A stretch of 64,000 nucleotides of DNA. Origin: Acidobacteriota bacterium. Lineage in GTDB: Bacteria; Acidobacteriota; Thermoanaerobaculia; Multivoradales; J023. This document shows positions 1-9,630 of this stretch, piece by piece; the first letter of the stretch is position 1, and each line of letters opens with the position of its first letter. A model generated the notes under the pieces. The model was not told the DNA's origin. It did not search any database and was given only the letters and a program-made list of their open reading frames with translations. The position numbers and the translations under genes are program-made. The DNA is taken from the NCBI GenBank assembly GCA_029263395.1, contig JAJCXO010000208.1:79892-143891 (forward strand). The letters run 5' to 3'.

Positions 1-1135
1 TACCGCGTACCACACCGATCAACGGGTGGCGTTCGGAAAGCCGCTCGAGGCCGGCTTTGAGCTGACTGCCGGCCACCCGGGCGTTCTCCTGCAAACCGTC
101 CTCGTCGATGGTCTCCAGCACCGCTAGGCCAGCAGCCATCGATACCGGATTGCCAGCGAAGGTGTTGAAATGAATGCGTTGCGCCAGCGGCTCGGCGATC
201 TCCCGTCGGGTGACGACGGCAGCGAGTGGAAAACCGCCTCCAATACCTTTGGCCATGGTGACGATGTCGGGTATCACGCCGAAGTTTTCGAAACCCCAAT
301 AGTGTTCACCGGTGCGGCCGAAGCCTGTTTGGACCTCGTCGGAGATACACAGGCCGCCGTACTGACGGACCGTGGCGTAGGCGCGCTCGAGATAACCCGG
401 TGCACCGTAGGTTGTCCCGCCAACACCCTGGATGGGCTCCGCAATGTAGGCTGCGACCTTGCCGCAGGTGGTGAAGCGGATCAGGTCCTCGACATCCTCG
501 GCACTGCGTTTGGCGATTTCTTCGGGTGTACCCTCGAAGGGGCTGCGGTAGGGATCTGGGCAGACAGTGTGGTGGATGCCCTCGCCATGTGGGATCGGAT
601 ACTTCCAGGTGTGATGCGAGGTTAGTCCGAGGGCGGTGGCGACGCCGCCATGGTAGGCGTTGCGCACCGCAACCACATCGCGGTGGCCGGTGAAGAGCCG
701 CGCCATGGTGATCGCCAGATCGTTGGCCTCGCTGCCACTGTTGAGGAAGTAGACGGTATCGAGCTCCGGCGGCAGCTTGGCAAGCAGCTTCTCGGCGAAG
801 GTCGGCAGTGTTGGATGCAGATAGAGCGTCGTGGCATGCTGCAGTCGCGACACCTGCTCGATGACCCGGGCGGTGACCTTGGGATGACAATGACCGCAGG
901 AGACCGTTGCGATGCCGGCGATGAAATCCAGATAACGACGGCCAGTCTCGTCGAAGAGATACTGCATATGGCCATCCGTGATCATCAGCGGCTTCTGGTA
1001 ATAGGTGAAGACCGCTGGATTCACCGTCTTCCGACGCAGGGCCAGCACCTCTTCGGCCGAAGGGCCTTCATAGGGCTGTGGCTGATGGTCGCAAGGCGGC
1101 ATTTGTGGCATCGTGAGCGTTGCAGATTCGGTCAT
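1..1135 (-). CDS. Class-III (AGXT2-like, alanine-glyoxylate/beta-alanine-pyruvate type) PLP aminotransferase. The N-terminus and start codon are inside the window; the C-terminus runs off the left edge.
   Basis: My own minus-strand translation starts at the ATG at 1133-1135: [14 protein letters not shown]...[42 protein letters not shown]...[18 protein letters not shown]...[14 protein letters not shown]...[42 protein letters not shown]. This is a classic class-III aminotransferase signature. The ORF track omits it because it has no stop inside the window; the listed ORFs 170..625, 306..890, 622..975 and 650..1177 are antisense or off-frame. Confidence 0.8.
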   Translation of the reverse strand, partial: MTESATLTMPQMPPCDHQPQPYEGPSAEEVLALRRKTVNPAVFTYYQKPLMITDGHMQYLFDETGRRYLDFIAGIATVSCGHCHPKVTARVIEQVSRLQHATTLYLHPTLPTFAEKLLAKLPPELDTVYFLNSGSEANDLAITMARLFTGHRDVVAVRNAYHGGVATALGLTSHHTWKYPIPHGEGIHHTVCPDPYRSPFEGTPEEIAKRSAEDVEDLIRFTTCGKVAAYIAEPIQGVGGTTYGAPGYLERAYATVRQYGGLCISDEVQTGFGRTGEHYWGFENFGVIPDIVTMAKGIGGGFPLAAVVTRREIAEPLAQRIHFNTFAGNPVSMAAGLAVLETIDEDGLQENARVAGSQLKAGLERLSERHPLIGVVRG

Positions 1136-1232
1136 CTCGATCTCCTGGAAAGGGATGGCGTAGGCGCAGGATTGTAACAGTCAGGAGGTTGAGTGGTGGG
1201 TTGTCACAGCGGATCAGATCGAAGGCTTGTAG

Positions 1233-1264
1233 TTGTTCGTTCTCTGTATATGGTTGATAATTAT
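1233..1264 (+). promoter_or_regulatory. Candidate sigma70-like promoter with an AT-rich palindrome in the divergent intergenic region (TTGTTC-16 bp-GATAAT; the 10-bp perfect palindrome GATAATTATC overlaps the -10 element).
   Basis: This is the only AT-rich stretch in the 1136-1371 intergenic region. It lies about 105 nt upstream of the 1372 start, which has a good SD (AAGGAGA). The palindrome is a plausible operator and has weak similarity to a Fur-box half-site. Sequence pattern only. Confidence 0.2.
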
Positions 1265-1371
1265 CTAGATCACTGTTGTGATTACTCGGCATTACAGATG
1301 CCGAGCCGGTAGAAGCCCGTCTCGGGAACGCGTCTCGGGAAGACCATCAATTCGTAAGGAGAGCGTCGGGA

Positions 1372-4300
1372 ATGCGCAGGCACAGAACGAAGCGTCCCCA
1401 GCGTCAGCTACCTGAGCCCCTCGCTGTACTCGAAGGGCGAATTACGGTCCGGGTTGAAGATCTCTTCGATCTCATCCATGCGATCAATCCAACCCAACGG
1501 CAACTCGCAGCAAAAGAAAAGACGCGGCGTTATCGACTCAAGTCGAGGCTGCAGAGCCTGCTGATTCGGCAATTCGGCGACCAATATCTGACGGTGACAC
1601 GCACCGCAGGGCAGCTCGCGGGTGGCAACGTCGTCAGCCTCGATCATCGCTCCGGACTCCGCGATGCCTGTCACGCTGTGCTCGATGAGCTCGAACCCGA
1701 CGCTCGTGCCTGGGTCCAGCGCCAACTCGATTTCCAAGCTCAGCCAGGGGTGTCGCAGTCCGAGGAGCTACAGTCCGAGGTGCTACAGTCCGAGGTGCTG
1801 GCGCCCGAACTCACGATCATTGAGGCGCGTTCCGTTCCGGAGGATCGTGCGGCGTCGATCGAGGAGCTCCTGGCCAGGGCGCGCCAATCGATCGATAGCT
1901 ACGACTACGAAGCTGCGGAGACGCAACTAGCACTGGCCTTCGAGCGTAGCCAGGGGGCGATCGAGGCCGCCCAGCCCTACCTCGAGCTGTTGGTTGACCT
2001 GCTCGGTATGGACGATGAGGCATTGCGAATCGAGCCGCTACTAGCGTCCGATGCGCTCCAGGGAGCGGTGGTGCGAGCCTCGTTGGCGCTGGCGGCGGCG
2101 CGGACCGGCGCCAGTGACAAGGCGGCCCAGCTGATTCGTGGTGTCGGGTTGAGGCCAGCTGCCGAGGTTTATGCAGTGTTGGCAGAGCAGGCGATCCGTA
2201 GCCGAGATCGACCGGTGGCTCGTCGCAATCTCGATCTGGTGATCGAGCACGATCCGCCCCACCCCCTCATCCCACGCCTCGAACAAGAACTCGCCGATCT
2301 TTTGGCTACCGAGCATCGACCCGCCGAGGAGGCGTTGCGTGAGCGGTTCGAACAGGAAGGAGCTCTGGCGGTAGAGGATGATGCGCGGACCTTGGGTGAG
2401 CTGTGGCCGGCAAGTGAGGTGGTGCGGCAGGTTCTGCGGGAAGCTGCTGAGCTGAATCGCCAGGCAGCGATTGTCGATCTGCAAGGCCGTGGTGATCAGG
2501 CATTTGCCGACCACCGATACCCAGAGGCTGCCCGCCATTGGCAACAGGCCCTAGAAGCGGGGAGCGAGCGGCCGGATCTGGCAAGGTTGGTCGAGGAAGC
2601 CGAGGCGTGTGAGCGTGAGCGTCAGGCGTCGGAGCGGGTGGCCTCGGTGTCGGCAGGCCTGCAAGACGCGGTGGATCGTGATGCGTTGATGAGTTTCCTG
2701 GCCTTGCCCGAGGCGTTGCGGCAGAGGGTCCGTGAGCAGCATTCGGAGCCGGTTTTGACTTGGTTGGAGACCATGGGCGCCCCGGCATCCGGAGTGCGGG
2801 CACAAACGATGGTGCAAGCGGCGCTCGCTTTGGAGCGGGCACAAACCGCATTCCAGCAGGGTGAGCTGCGGCGAGCGATCGACGAGATATCGCCCTATCT
2901 CAAGGAGCTGCAGGGGGTGACGGAAGCTCAGCAGCTGAATGAACAGGCGCACCGGAAGCTCACCCTCGCACAACAGGAGCAGGTGCGTTCTGGGTTGGCG
3001 ACGGTTCGCAAAGCCCTGGCCGAAGGGCGGCTCGAAGAGGCTGGATTCGAGCTCGAGGCTGTGGCACAGAGTTTGGCGTCGATCGAGCTCGTAGCTCTGG
3101 TAGCCGACGAGCGTCGACAACTCAAAGCGTTGCGGACACGCCTCGAGCACGCCCGAACCGTACAGCTGCTGATGGCGGAGATCGAGCGTTTGCGGCAAGC
3201 TGGTGAACCGTTGGCGGCTCTGGCCTGTGGCCGTGATGTGCTGGAGCGTGCCACCGAAGAGGAGCGAGAGGGAGCGCGCCTGCTAGTTGCCGAGCTCGAG
3301 GCTGGCGTTCAGCAAGCCTGGCGGGTAGAAGTTGTCGAAGGGTGCGGTCCGTTGTCCGAAGTAGCGAGCATCGAGCCGCCGTTCCCTCTCGAAAAAGCTG
3401 CGGTTTGGCTCGAACCATCCGGTCGGCAGCTGCTGCTGACTGAGGTTAGCGGACGCTGGCTGTTCCTCTACTGGGTGGATCTCGAACGTCAGGAGGTCAG
3501 CGTCCGGGTTTCGCTTCGAGCCCCACGACCACTCGATGTTGGCTTTTCCGTGACGGTCGAAGACAGACGAATCTGGATTCTCAGCAATAAGGGGGAAGTT
3601 CTCGAGATTGGGCGCTGTGACTGGGAGATTCTCAGCTGGCGATGCCTCGAAGACTTGTTGCCTGAGCAAATCAAGATGCACAGCGTTATGTTGGTTCCCG
3701 GCAGCCACCATGCCGGTGCGCCGATGGTGTGGGTCGATATCGGATCCAAGGCCGAGGACAGCAAATGGAGGTGTTGTACGGTTGACCTCAACCGTTGGCA
3801 AATTCAAGGCGAACTCGAGGACTCCTGGGCGCTGGCATTGGTTAAGAAGGGGCCTCCGCGAGTGGTTTCAGCTCCCTTCTTGGGAGGTGCTCACCTGCGT
3901 GATGCACGTGGCAAAGAGATTGTCGGTGGCTTGTTGCCCCTCGGTGGGCAGTTGCAATCTGTGGCTGCGGCCCCTGAGGGGGATGGGTTGGTAATGGTGG
4001 ATCGGCGCGAGCCCCGCGGCGATATTGAAGACGAGAAGTTCATCGATCGCTTCTTTCCAAGATTGATTCGCCATGGCGGCGAGGGCATGTTCCTGGTCTG
4101 GGCCGAACCTGAACAGGGGGCCAAGGCATACCGCGTTAGAACCTCTGCAGAGTTGACGCGCTCGTCCGAATGTGGCGGCGACACGGTGGCGACCAGCAGC
4201 GAGCAAGGCCTTAGTTTTGTTTTGGTCGTTAGTGGCACTGCTCATCCGGTGGAGCTGCGGGCGTTTGAACCCGACGCCACTGGACTGCGTGAGCTCTATC

Positions 4301-5406
4301 GGGTCGATTTGCCGGTGACGACCGATTTGATCCAGGATGCCAAAGGGCGATGGGTGGTCGCGGTGACCGACGGCGCGGCAGGTCTGGAGATGCATCGTCT
4401 CGGTCCGGAGCCGCCACGGATCCATCTGGAGCCGGCGGGCGATCAGCGGCTGCCAGTCTCCAATGGGGTTTTCGATTGTGATGCCTTCGACACCGATCCT
4501 TTAGGTGAGGGCGCAACCCTAGGTGACAACGACTCACTGGATGACGCAGTGATGCGTGCCGAGAGCGCGCTGAGCAACCGGGGAGGTGATGGCCAATCGG
4601 ATTCCGACGACGAGGTGGTGCGGTGGTTGGCGATGTGCCAGCTCGCCCTGCAAGGGGTTGCGGCAAGTGAATTGCCAGTCGATCAGATTGCCGGGCTCGA
4701 GGAAGCCCGCGAGGCTATGATGCAGCACCCATGGCGGTTCACTGGTGCCTACTTTGCAGCCTGCGAGGCAGCGAAGCTCGCCGATTGGGACACGGTGGAA
4801 GCGCTGTTGGCGGTGTCAGACCAAGGGGACCTCGAGGAGCGACACCTACGGCACTATTACCATCTGCGAGGGCTGCTGCACCTGCACCGTGGTCGGGATC
4901 GGGAGGCTTTGGTAGCCTTCGACGAGGCGGACCAGCACCAAGGCAGTTGCGAACTGGAACCCTTAATCGACCTCACCAGACCGATGCCCTCGACCTTCGA
5001 AGCTGAATCCTGGGGGCCAGATCAACCAGTGATTCGACAGCTCATCGGTGCGATCCGTAGCGCCGACGAAGCCTTCGCAGCGGGTGACCTCGAACAGACG
5101 CGCAGGATTCTGGAGCGACCGAGCATCTGGCGAGCCCAAGAGCTCCAGAGCAGCGCCCGTCGAGCCAGACTCTGGCTCGCCACAGCCACGACTTCGCCTC
5201 GCGAGCGTCACACCAAGCGGCGTGCTCTGGCGCAGTTCTTTTTCCTTCAAAACCTCGGCCGACAGTCGATGCGCCACCAGATCCTGCGGGCTGATCTGAG
5301 CTGGGATACCGACCGCCTCGCCGCCCTTGCCGAACGTGCTGAAGCTTGGCTCGAGACCGGAGTCGACGGAATATCGGACGTGCTTGCGTCGTTTCATGAC
5401 ATGTAA
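1372..5406 (+). CDS. Large hypothetical protein (1344 aa). It has a basic N-terminus, a long alpha-helical/TPR-like region, a Cys-containing beta-rich middle and TPR-like C-terminal helices.
   Basis: Long ATG-initiated ORF with an AAGGAGA SD 10 nt upstream and protein-like composition throughout. It contains the in-frame 15-bp x3 repeat (LQSEV)3. It is followed 29 nt later by the peptidase gene in the same orientation, so an operon is likely. I do not recognise a family. Confidence 0.6.
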   Translation: MRRHRTKRPQRQLPEPLAVLEGRITVRVEDLFDLIHAINPTQRQLAAKEKTRRYRLKSRLQSLLIRQFGDQYLTVTRTAGQLAGGNVVSLDHRSGLRDACHAVLDELEPDARAWVQRQLDFQAQPGVSQSEELQSEVLQSEVLAPELTIIEARSVPEDRAASIEELLARARQSIDSYDYEAAETQLALAFERSQGAIEAAQPYLELLVDLLGMDDEALRIEPLLASDALQGAVVRASLALAAARTGASDKAAQLIRGVGLRPAAEVYAVLAEQAIRSRDRPVARRNLDLVIEHDPPHPLIPRLEQELADLLATEHRPAEEALRERFEQEGALAVEDDARTLGELWPASEVVRQVLREAAELNRQAAIVDLQGRGDQAFADHRYPEAARHWQQALEAGSERPDLARLVEEAEACERERQASERVASVSAGLQDAVDRDALMSFLALPEALRQRVREQHSEPVLTWLETMGAPASGVRAQTMVQAALALERAQTAFQQGELRRAIDEISPYLKELQGVTEAQQLNEQAHRKLTLAQQEQVRSGLATVRKALAEGRLEEAGFELEAVAQSLASIELVALVADERRQLKALRTRLEHARTVQLLMAEIERLRQAGEPLAALACGRDVLERATEEEREGARLLVAELEAGVQQAWRVEVVEGCGPLSEVASIEPPFPLEKAAVWLEPSGRQLLLTEVSGRWLFLYWVDLERQEVSVRVSLRAPRPLDVGFSVTVEDRRIWILSNKGEVLEIGRCDWEILSWRCLEDLLPEQIKMHSVMLVPGSHHAGAPMVWVDIGSKAEDSKWRCCTVDLNRWQIQGELEDSWALALVKKGPPRVVSAPFLGGAHLRDARGKEIVGGLLPLGGQLQSVAAAPEGDGLVMVDRREPRGDIEDEKFIDRFFPRLIRHGGEGMFLVWAEPEQGAKAYRVRTSAELTRSSECGGDTVATSSEQGLSFVLVVSGTAHPVELRAFEPDATGLRELYRVDLPVTTDLIQDAKGRWVVAVTDGAAGLEMHRLGPEPPRIHLEPAGDQRLPVSNGVFDCDAFDTDPLGEGATLGDNDSLDDAVMRAESALSNRGGDGQSDSDDEVVRWLAMCQLALQGVAASELPVDQIAGLEEAREAMMQHPWRFTGAYFAACEAAKLADWDTVEALLAVSDQGDLEERHLRHYYHLRGLLHLHRGRDREALVAFDEADQHQGSCELEPLIDLTRPMPSTFEAESWGPDQPVIRQLIGAIRSADEAFAAGDLEQTRRILERPSIWRAQELQSSARRARLWLATATTSPRERHTKRRALAQFFFLQNLGRQSMRHQILRADLSWDTDRLAALAERAEAWLETGVDGISDVLASFHDM
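1756..1800 (+). repeat. In-frame tandem repeat, 15 bp x 3 (cagtccgagg[a/t]gcta), encoding LQSEV-LQSEV-LQSEV.
   Basis: Read directly: cagtccgaggagcta cagtccgaggtgcta cagtccgaggtgctg. Confidence 0.8.
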
Positions 5407-5434
5407 GCTTTGGATTTGACCCACAGGAGATTCC

Positions 5435-6127
5435 ATGTTCGACCCCATGTATCTATTACTCGTCGCGTTGCCCACTTTGGTGCTCTCTATGGGCGCGTCG
5501 GCGTTGACTAAATCTACCTTCAAGAAATATTCACGCCAGCGGGCATCAACCGGCCTCACCGGAGCTGAAGCTGCTCGCCAGATGCTGGACCGAGCTGGGA
5601 TCACCGGCGTCGAAGTGGTCGCGACCCGCGGCTATCTGACCGATCACTACAATCCGATGAACAAAACCCTGGCCCTATCCGAGGCGACCTATGCTCAGGC
5701 TACCGTGTCGGCGATCGGTGTTGCTTGTCATGAAGCTGGCCATGCAATCCAGCACGCTCGGGCCTATGGACCGTTGTGGGCCCGCTCGATGCTGGTGCCG
5801 GTAGCGGGTATCGGTTCGAAGTTTGGCCTCTACGGCATGATGTTCGGCTTGATGTTGACGTCAACCGCTTTGTTCGGGGTTGGTGCCTTGCTGTTCTCCG
5901 CCGTTGTTTTGTTCCAACTCGTGACGCTGCCGGTCGAGTTCGACGCCTCGGCCCGTGCCAAGAAGCTGGCGTATGAATTTGGGCTGGTGAGCCACGCTGA
6001 GCGGGAAGGTGTTTCCAAGGTGCTGAATGCCGCCGCGCTGACCTATGTCGCTGCTGCAGCGTCTTCGATTATCACTTTGCTCTACTTCCTTTTCCGGGCT
6101 GGCTTACTCGGCGGTCGTCGCGACTGA
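5435..6127 (+). CDS. YugP-like putative neutral zinc metallopeptidase (Zn_peptidase_2 family), a membrane protein.
   Basis: HEAGHAIQH zinc-binding motif (HExxH), N- and C-terminal hydrophobic segments, about 230 aa, SD AGGAG upstream. Confidence 0.75.
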   Translation: MFDPMYLLLVALPTLVLSMGASALTKSTFKKYSRQRASTGLTGAEAARQMLDRAGITGVEVVATRGYLTDHYNPMNKTLALSEATYAQATVSAIGVACHEAGHAIQHARAYGPLWARSMLVPVAGIGSKFGLYGMMFGLMLTSTALFGVGALLFSAVVLFQLVTLPVEFDASARAKKLAYEFGLVSHAEREGVSKVLNAAALTYVAAAASSIITLLYFLFRAGLLGGRRD

Positions 6128-6306
6128 GCGGCGTTTTCCTCAGGTATCGGGCCACGAGCTGCGGCTCGGCCTCCGAATGACCGCTTGATGACGTCTCTGT
6201 GCGTCGACAAGGATGGGCATGATCCGCGGAGACCGGGGCTCGACGGTGATCCGTTGGGCGATGACCTGTCGATGGTGGCTCAGGATTTGGTCAGAAGCTC
6301 TGTTGA

Positions 6307-6440
6307 CCCGGTAATATCGCTTTTGTCGGCCGACATATCCGATATTACCGGGTGATATCGCTTTTGTCGGCCGACATATTGGGTTTTCCTCGGGGTAAGG
6401 GGCTTTTGTCGGGCGAGCTGTTGCGTTGTTACGCGGTGAT
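6307..6440. promoter_or_regulatory. Repeat-rich candidate operator region. Two 29-bp direct repeats (ggt[a/g]atatcgcttttgtcggccgacatat at 6310-6338 and 6351-6379) each contain the perfect 12-bp palindrome TGTCGGCCGACA (6324-6335 and 6365-6376). The first repeat is enclosed by a 13-bp inverted repeat (cccggtaatatcg / cgatattaccggg). A degenerate third copy lies at 6399-6419 and another ggtgatatcg at 6435.
   Basis: Read directly from the 488-nt intergenic region between the peptidase (end 6127) and the SRPBCC gene (start 6616). ORFs 6280..6543(-) and 6352..6540(+) just translate the repeats. Confidence 0.4.
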
Positions 6441-6615
6441 ATCGGGTTGGTTTTTCGACGATCCTGGGTGTGACCGGGTAAAAAAGGCACATTTCTCCGT
6501 TGGGATCTGGCAACCCTGCTCCAGTGAATGCTGGAGGTGACACCTGAATCGGGCGGATGCGGTATGCTGCCCAGTCAGAGAATAAGCTTACGAAACGACG
6601 AGAGAGGGGAGTGTC

Positions 6616-7011
6616 ATGAAGTTGAGCAAGAGTTATGAGATCGACGCGACCGTCGAGCAGGTTTATGGTGCTTGGGTGTCCAACGACACGGTGATTCCGC
6701 CCGCAACGGCGATGGAAGTGGACCCGAAAGAGGGTGGCATCTATCGGCTGGTGGCGTCATTCGACGGCCAGGAGTCGACGATGATCGGACGTTTCAAGAC
6801 TGTCCGCCCATTGGAACACTTGGAGTACAGCTGGGAATGGAACCACGATGGCGACAAGTCGTGGGTACGGGTCGACTTCACAGACCTCGGAGGTCGCACC
6901 CGGGTGAATCTCGAGCACGACGCAATCGATACCGAGGAGACGATGGGTAACCTGAGTTACGGTTGGGACAGTTATCTCGCTGGCCTCGAAAAACACCTGC
7001 AGGAAGGTTGA
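6616..7011 (+). CDS. SRPBCC-superfamily protein (AHSA1 / activator-of-Hsp90-ATPase-like / polyketide-cyclase fold).
   Basis: 131 aa. The pattern MKLSKSYEIDATVEQVYGAWVSND...GGIYRL...GRFKTVRPLEHLEYSWEW... is typical of AHSA1/SRPBCC domain proteins. SD GAGAGGGGAG upstream. Confidence 0.65.
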   Translation: MKLSKSYEIDATVEQVYGAWVSNDTVIPPATAMEVDPKEGGIYRLVASFDGQESTMIGRFKTVRPLEHLEYSWEWNHDGDKSWVRVDFTDLGGRTRVNLEHDAIDTEETMGNLSYGWDSYLAGLEKHLQEG

Positions 7012-7146
7012 TTTAGGTAGATCCCGCCCAAGAGCGCCGGTGGTCTGGTCGCCCCCTGTGGACTGCGCGGCCTGGGCGGCCCCCTGGCTGCGTAACTCGC
7101 CTGGGCGTCTTAGTGTCCGCCAACCCTGTTGGATAGGAGTTAGACC

Positions 7147-8517
7147 ATGCCGAACATTCAAGATGTTCTTGCTCGTATTGACCATGAAAAGACGCAGACC
7201 CTCGATGAGCTCATCGAGTTGCTGAAGATTCCGTCCGTATCGACCGACCCGGAATTTGCCGACGAGGTTGTGCGCTGTTCCGAGGTGCTCATCAACAAGC
7301 TACGGGGTCTTGGCTTTACCACCGAGAGCCTAGATTATGGTGGTTTTCCGATCGTTTACGGTGAATGGATGGGGGCGCCTGGACGCCCGACACTCCTGAT
7401 GTATGGGCACTACGATGTGCAGCCCGCCGATCCGATTGAAGAATGGCGTCATCCGCCGTTCGAGCCGGTGGTCGAAGATGGTTATTTGATCGCCCGCGGA
7501 GTGACCGACGACAAGGCGCAGATGTTCAGCCACCTCAAGGCGGTGGAGGCGATCCTCGCCGAGCGAGGGAGCTTGCCAGTCAACGTCAAGTTTCTGCTCG
7601 AAGGTGAGGAAGAGTCCAACAGCACATCGATTTTGCGATGTGTGCGGGAGGACACGGAAGGCAAGTTGGCCTGCGATGCGGTGTTGATCTCCGATTCCGA
7701 CATGCTGAGCCCGCAGCAACCGTTGCTCTACTACGGCGTGCGGGGCATTACCTACATGGAGCTTGAAGTCCACGGTCCGAACCGTGATCTGCACTCCGGG
7801 ATGTTCGGTGGCGCTGTCGCCAATCCGCTCAATGCTTTGAGCAAGATACTCGCCAGTCTGACCGACGCCCAAGGGCGGGTCGCTATTCCTGGCTTTTATG
7901 ACGACGTGCGTCCACTGGCTGATTGGGAGCGGGAAGAGGCCCGAGATGTGCCCCATGACGAGGCCGAATATCTCGCAGATTTAGGGGTCGAGGCCGGCTT
8001 CGGCGAAGAGGGCTACAGCACGGTCGAGCGGGTTGCGATGCGCCCGACTTGTGATGTCAACGGGTTGTGGGGAGGCTACCAGGGAGCCGGTCAGAAGACC
8101 GTTTTACCGGCGTCGGCCGGGGCCAAGGTTTCGATGCGCCTGGTACCGAATCAGGACGCGGCGAAGATTGCCGAGCTTTTTGAGCAGCACATACGGCAGA
8201 TTGCTCCCCCCGGTGTACGAGTCGAGGTTCGTGCCCTCGACGGTGCCAACGGTGTGCTGATCGATACCGAAGGCCCGATCGTCGAAGCCGCGATGGAGGC
8301 CATGGCCGAAGAGTGGGGGGCCCGCCCGTTACGGGTTCGGGGTGGCGGCTCTCTGCCGATCGTCGAAGTGTTCGCTGATCAGATGAAAGTGCCAGTGATG
8401 TTGCTCGGCTTCGGGTTGCCCGGGGATGGCCCCCACTCTCCCAACGAGCGATACGCTGTCGAGCAGCTCTACGGCGGTATCCGATCGGTAGTCAGGATTC
8501 TGGATCGGATGCCTTAG
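7147..8517 (+). CDS. M20-family metallopeptidase (dipeptidase / ArgE-DapE-CPG2 type).
   Basis: Motifs read in the translation: MYGHYDVQPAD (His-x-Asp), ARGVTDDKAQ, LEGEEESNS (Glu-Glu). 456 aa with dimerisation-domain length. AGGAG SD. Confidence 0.85.
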   Translation: MPNIQDVLARIDHEKTQTLDELIELLKIPSVSTDPEFADEVVRCSEVLINKLRGLGFTTESLDYGGFPIVYGEWMGAPGRPTLLMYGHYDVQPADPIEEWRHPPFEPVVEDGYLIARGVTDDKAQMFSHLKAVEAILAERGSLPVNVKFLLEGEEESNSTSILRCVREDTEGKLACDAVLISDSDMLSPQQPLLYYGVRGITYMELEVHGPNRDLHSGMFGGAVANPLNALSKILASLTDAQGRVAIPGFYDDVRPLADWEREEARDVPHDEAEYLADLGVEAGFGEEGYSTVERVAMRPTCDVNGLWGGYQGAGQKTVLPASAGAKVSMRLVPNQDAAKIAELFEQHIRQIAPPGVRVEVRALDGANGVLIDTEGPIVEAAMEAMAEEWGARPLRVRGGGSLPIVEVFADQMKVPVMLLGFGLPGDGPHSPNERYAVEQLYGGIRSVVRILDRMP

Positions 8518-9574
8518 CTGCGTCCATACGTTCGCGCTTCATTTCGAGAGACAGCTCTTGATGCCAGGCGCTGATCGCAACTTCATAATAGTTTTCGCTG
8601 AAGCGGATCCACTCCCCTAAGGAATCGGGGAGTTTCAACAGGCGAGCGGTTTCGTTGGCGGTCATCTCGGTACCAAAGGTCTTGCGGGCGGCAGCTTCAA
8701 CCTCGCCCAGGACCGCCAGCAGCCCTTCGATGTCAGCAGTGTCTGCAATCGATCCATGGCCTGGCACGTAGATGGTTTCGCGCTCGCGCATCGCGTCGCG
8801 GATACTCTGCTCGAACAGTGACGGAGTGGTATCGCGAAAGTTTGGGAACATGTGGTTCCACACCAAGTCGCCGTAGAACACAACGCTCGGGTCTTCGACT
8901 TCGATGGTGACGTCGCTTGCGGTGTGGCCAGCTCGCGGTTCGAGGCGGACTTTGCGGCCACCCAGATCGATCGTGTTGCCGTTAGTGGCATCGATCTCCT
9001 GGGTTGATTCGTAGAGGGCGGTCCGCTCCGTTTCGTCGCCACGACCAGAGTTTTGGCCGCGATCTTGGAGCAGCAGCTCGCGGGTCTTCGATGTGGTCCA
9101 GATACGGGGAGCCTCGCCATCCCGAACGAAGCCGGTGACGCCGTTGGCGTGGTCGCCATGGTAATGGGTGATGACCACATCCGTTGGCCATCGGCCGGTG
9201 AGCTCGTGGGCTTGTTGTGCCGCCCAGCGGGCCCCCTTGGCGCCAGCGAAACTCTCGATCACCATCACTCCGTCCTTGCCAGCGATGATGCCGCCGTTGG
9301 ATAGGGTCGTCCAATCCTTGGCATCGAGCGGGGTCGATACGATAGCCCAGATGCCGTCATAAAGCTGCTCGAGTCGCGCCCATGGCTCCCTGGCTACGAT
9401 CTTGTGTGCCGATCCCTCGGCAAACAGGCGCTGGGTGACAAGCGAGCCGGCGGCCGACATCCACAACAGGTGGGCGCCGCAGGAACCGGTGCGTGCAAGG
9501 AATTGGCGCCGAGACAGCCCCGGTGTGTCCGTGGTTGGGATGGTCTGGCAAGTGTAGAAGGGAGGGGTGGCCAT
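8492..9574 (-). CDS. MBL-fold metallo-hydrolase with a twin-arginine (TAT) signal peptide.
   Basis: N-terminal ...SRRQFLARTGSCGAHLLWMSAAG (RRxFLx TAT motif). HYHGDHANG (HxHxDH) metallo-beta-lactamase motif. AAGGAG SD 7 nt upstream of the ATG. Confidence 0.8.
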   Translation of the reverse strand: MATPPFYTCQTIPTTDTPGLSRRQFLARTGSCGAHLLWMSAAGSLVTQRLFAEGSAHKIVAREPWARLEQLYDGIWAIVSTPLDAKDWTTLSNGGIIAGKDGVMVIESFAGAKGARWAAQQAHELTGRWPTDVVITHYHGDHANGVTGFVRDGEAPRIWTTSKTRELLLQDRGQNSGRGDETERTALYESTQEIDATNGNTIDLGGRKVRLEPRAGHTASDVTIEVEDPSVVFYGDLVWNHMFPNFRDTTPSLFEQSIRDAMRERETIYVPGHGSIADTADIEGLLAVLGEVEAAARKTFGTEMTANETARLLKLPDSLGEWIRFSENYYEVAISAWHQELSLEMKRERMDAAKASDPES

Positions 9575-9630
9575 CTATCGACTCCTTCGAAGCAGCTGGG
9601 GGTGGGATACCAGGGGTTGAGTTGGAGTAC

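Noticed and set aside
170-1177. ORF-track ORFs 170..625(+), 306..890(-), 622..975(-), 650..1177(+)
   Set aside because: They all lie inside, and antisense or off-frame to, the clearly recognisable class-III aminotransferase on the minus strand (1..1135). They are typical spurious ORFs of high-GC DNA.
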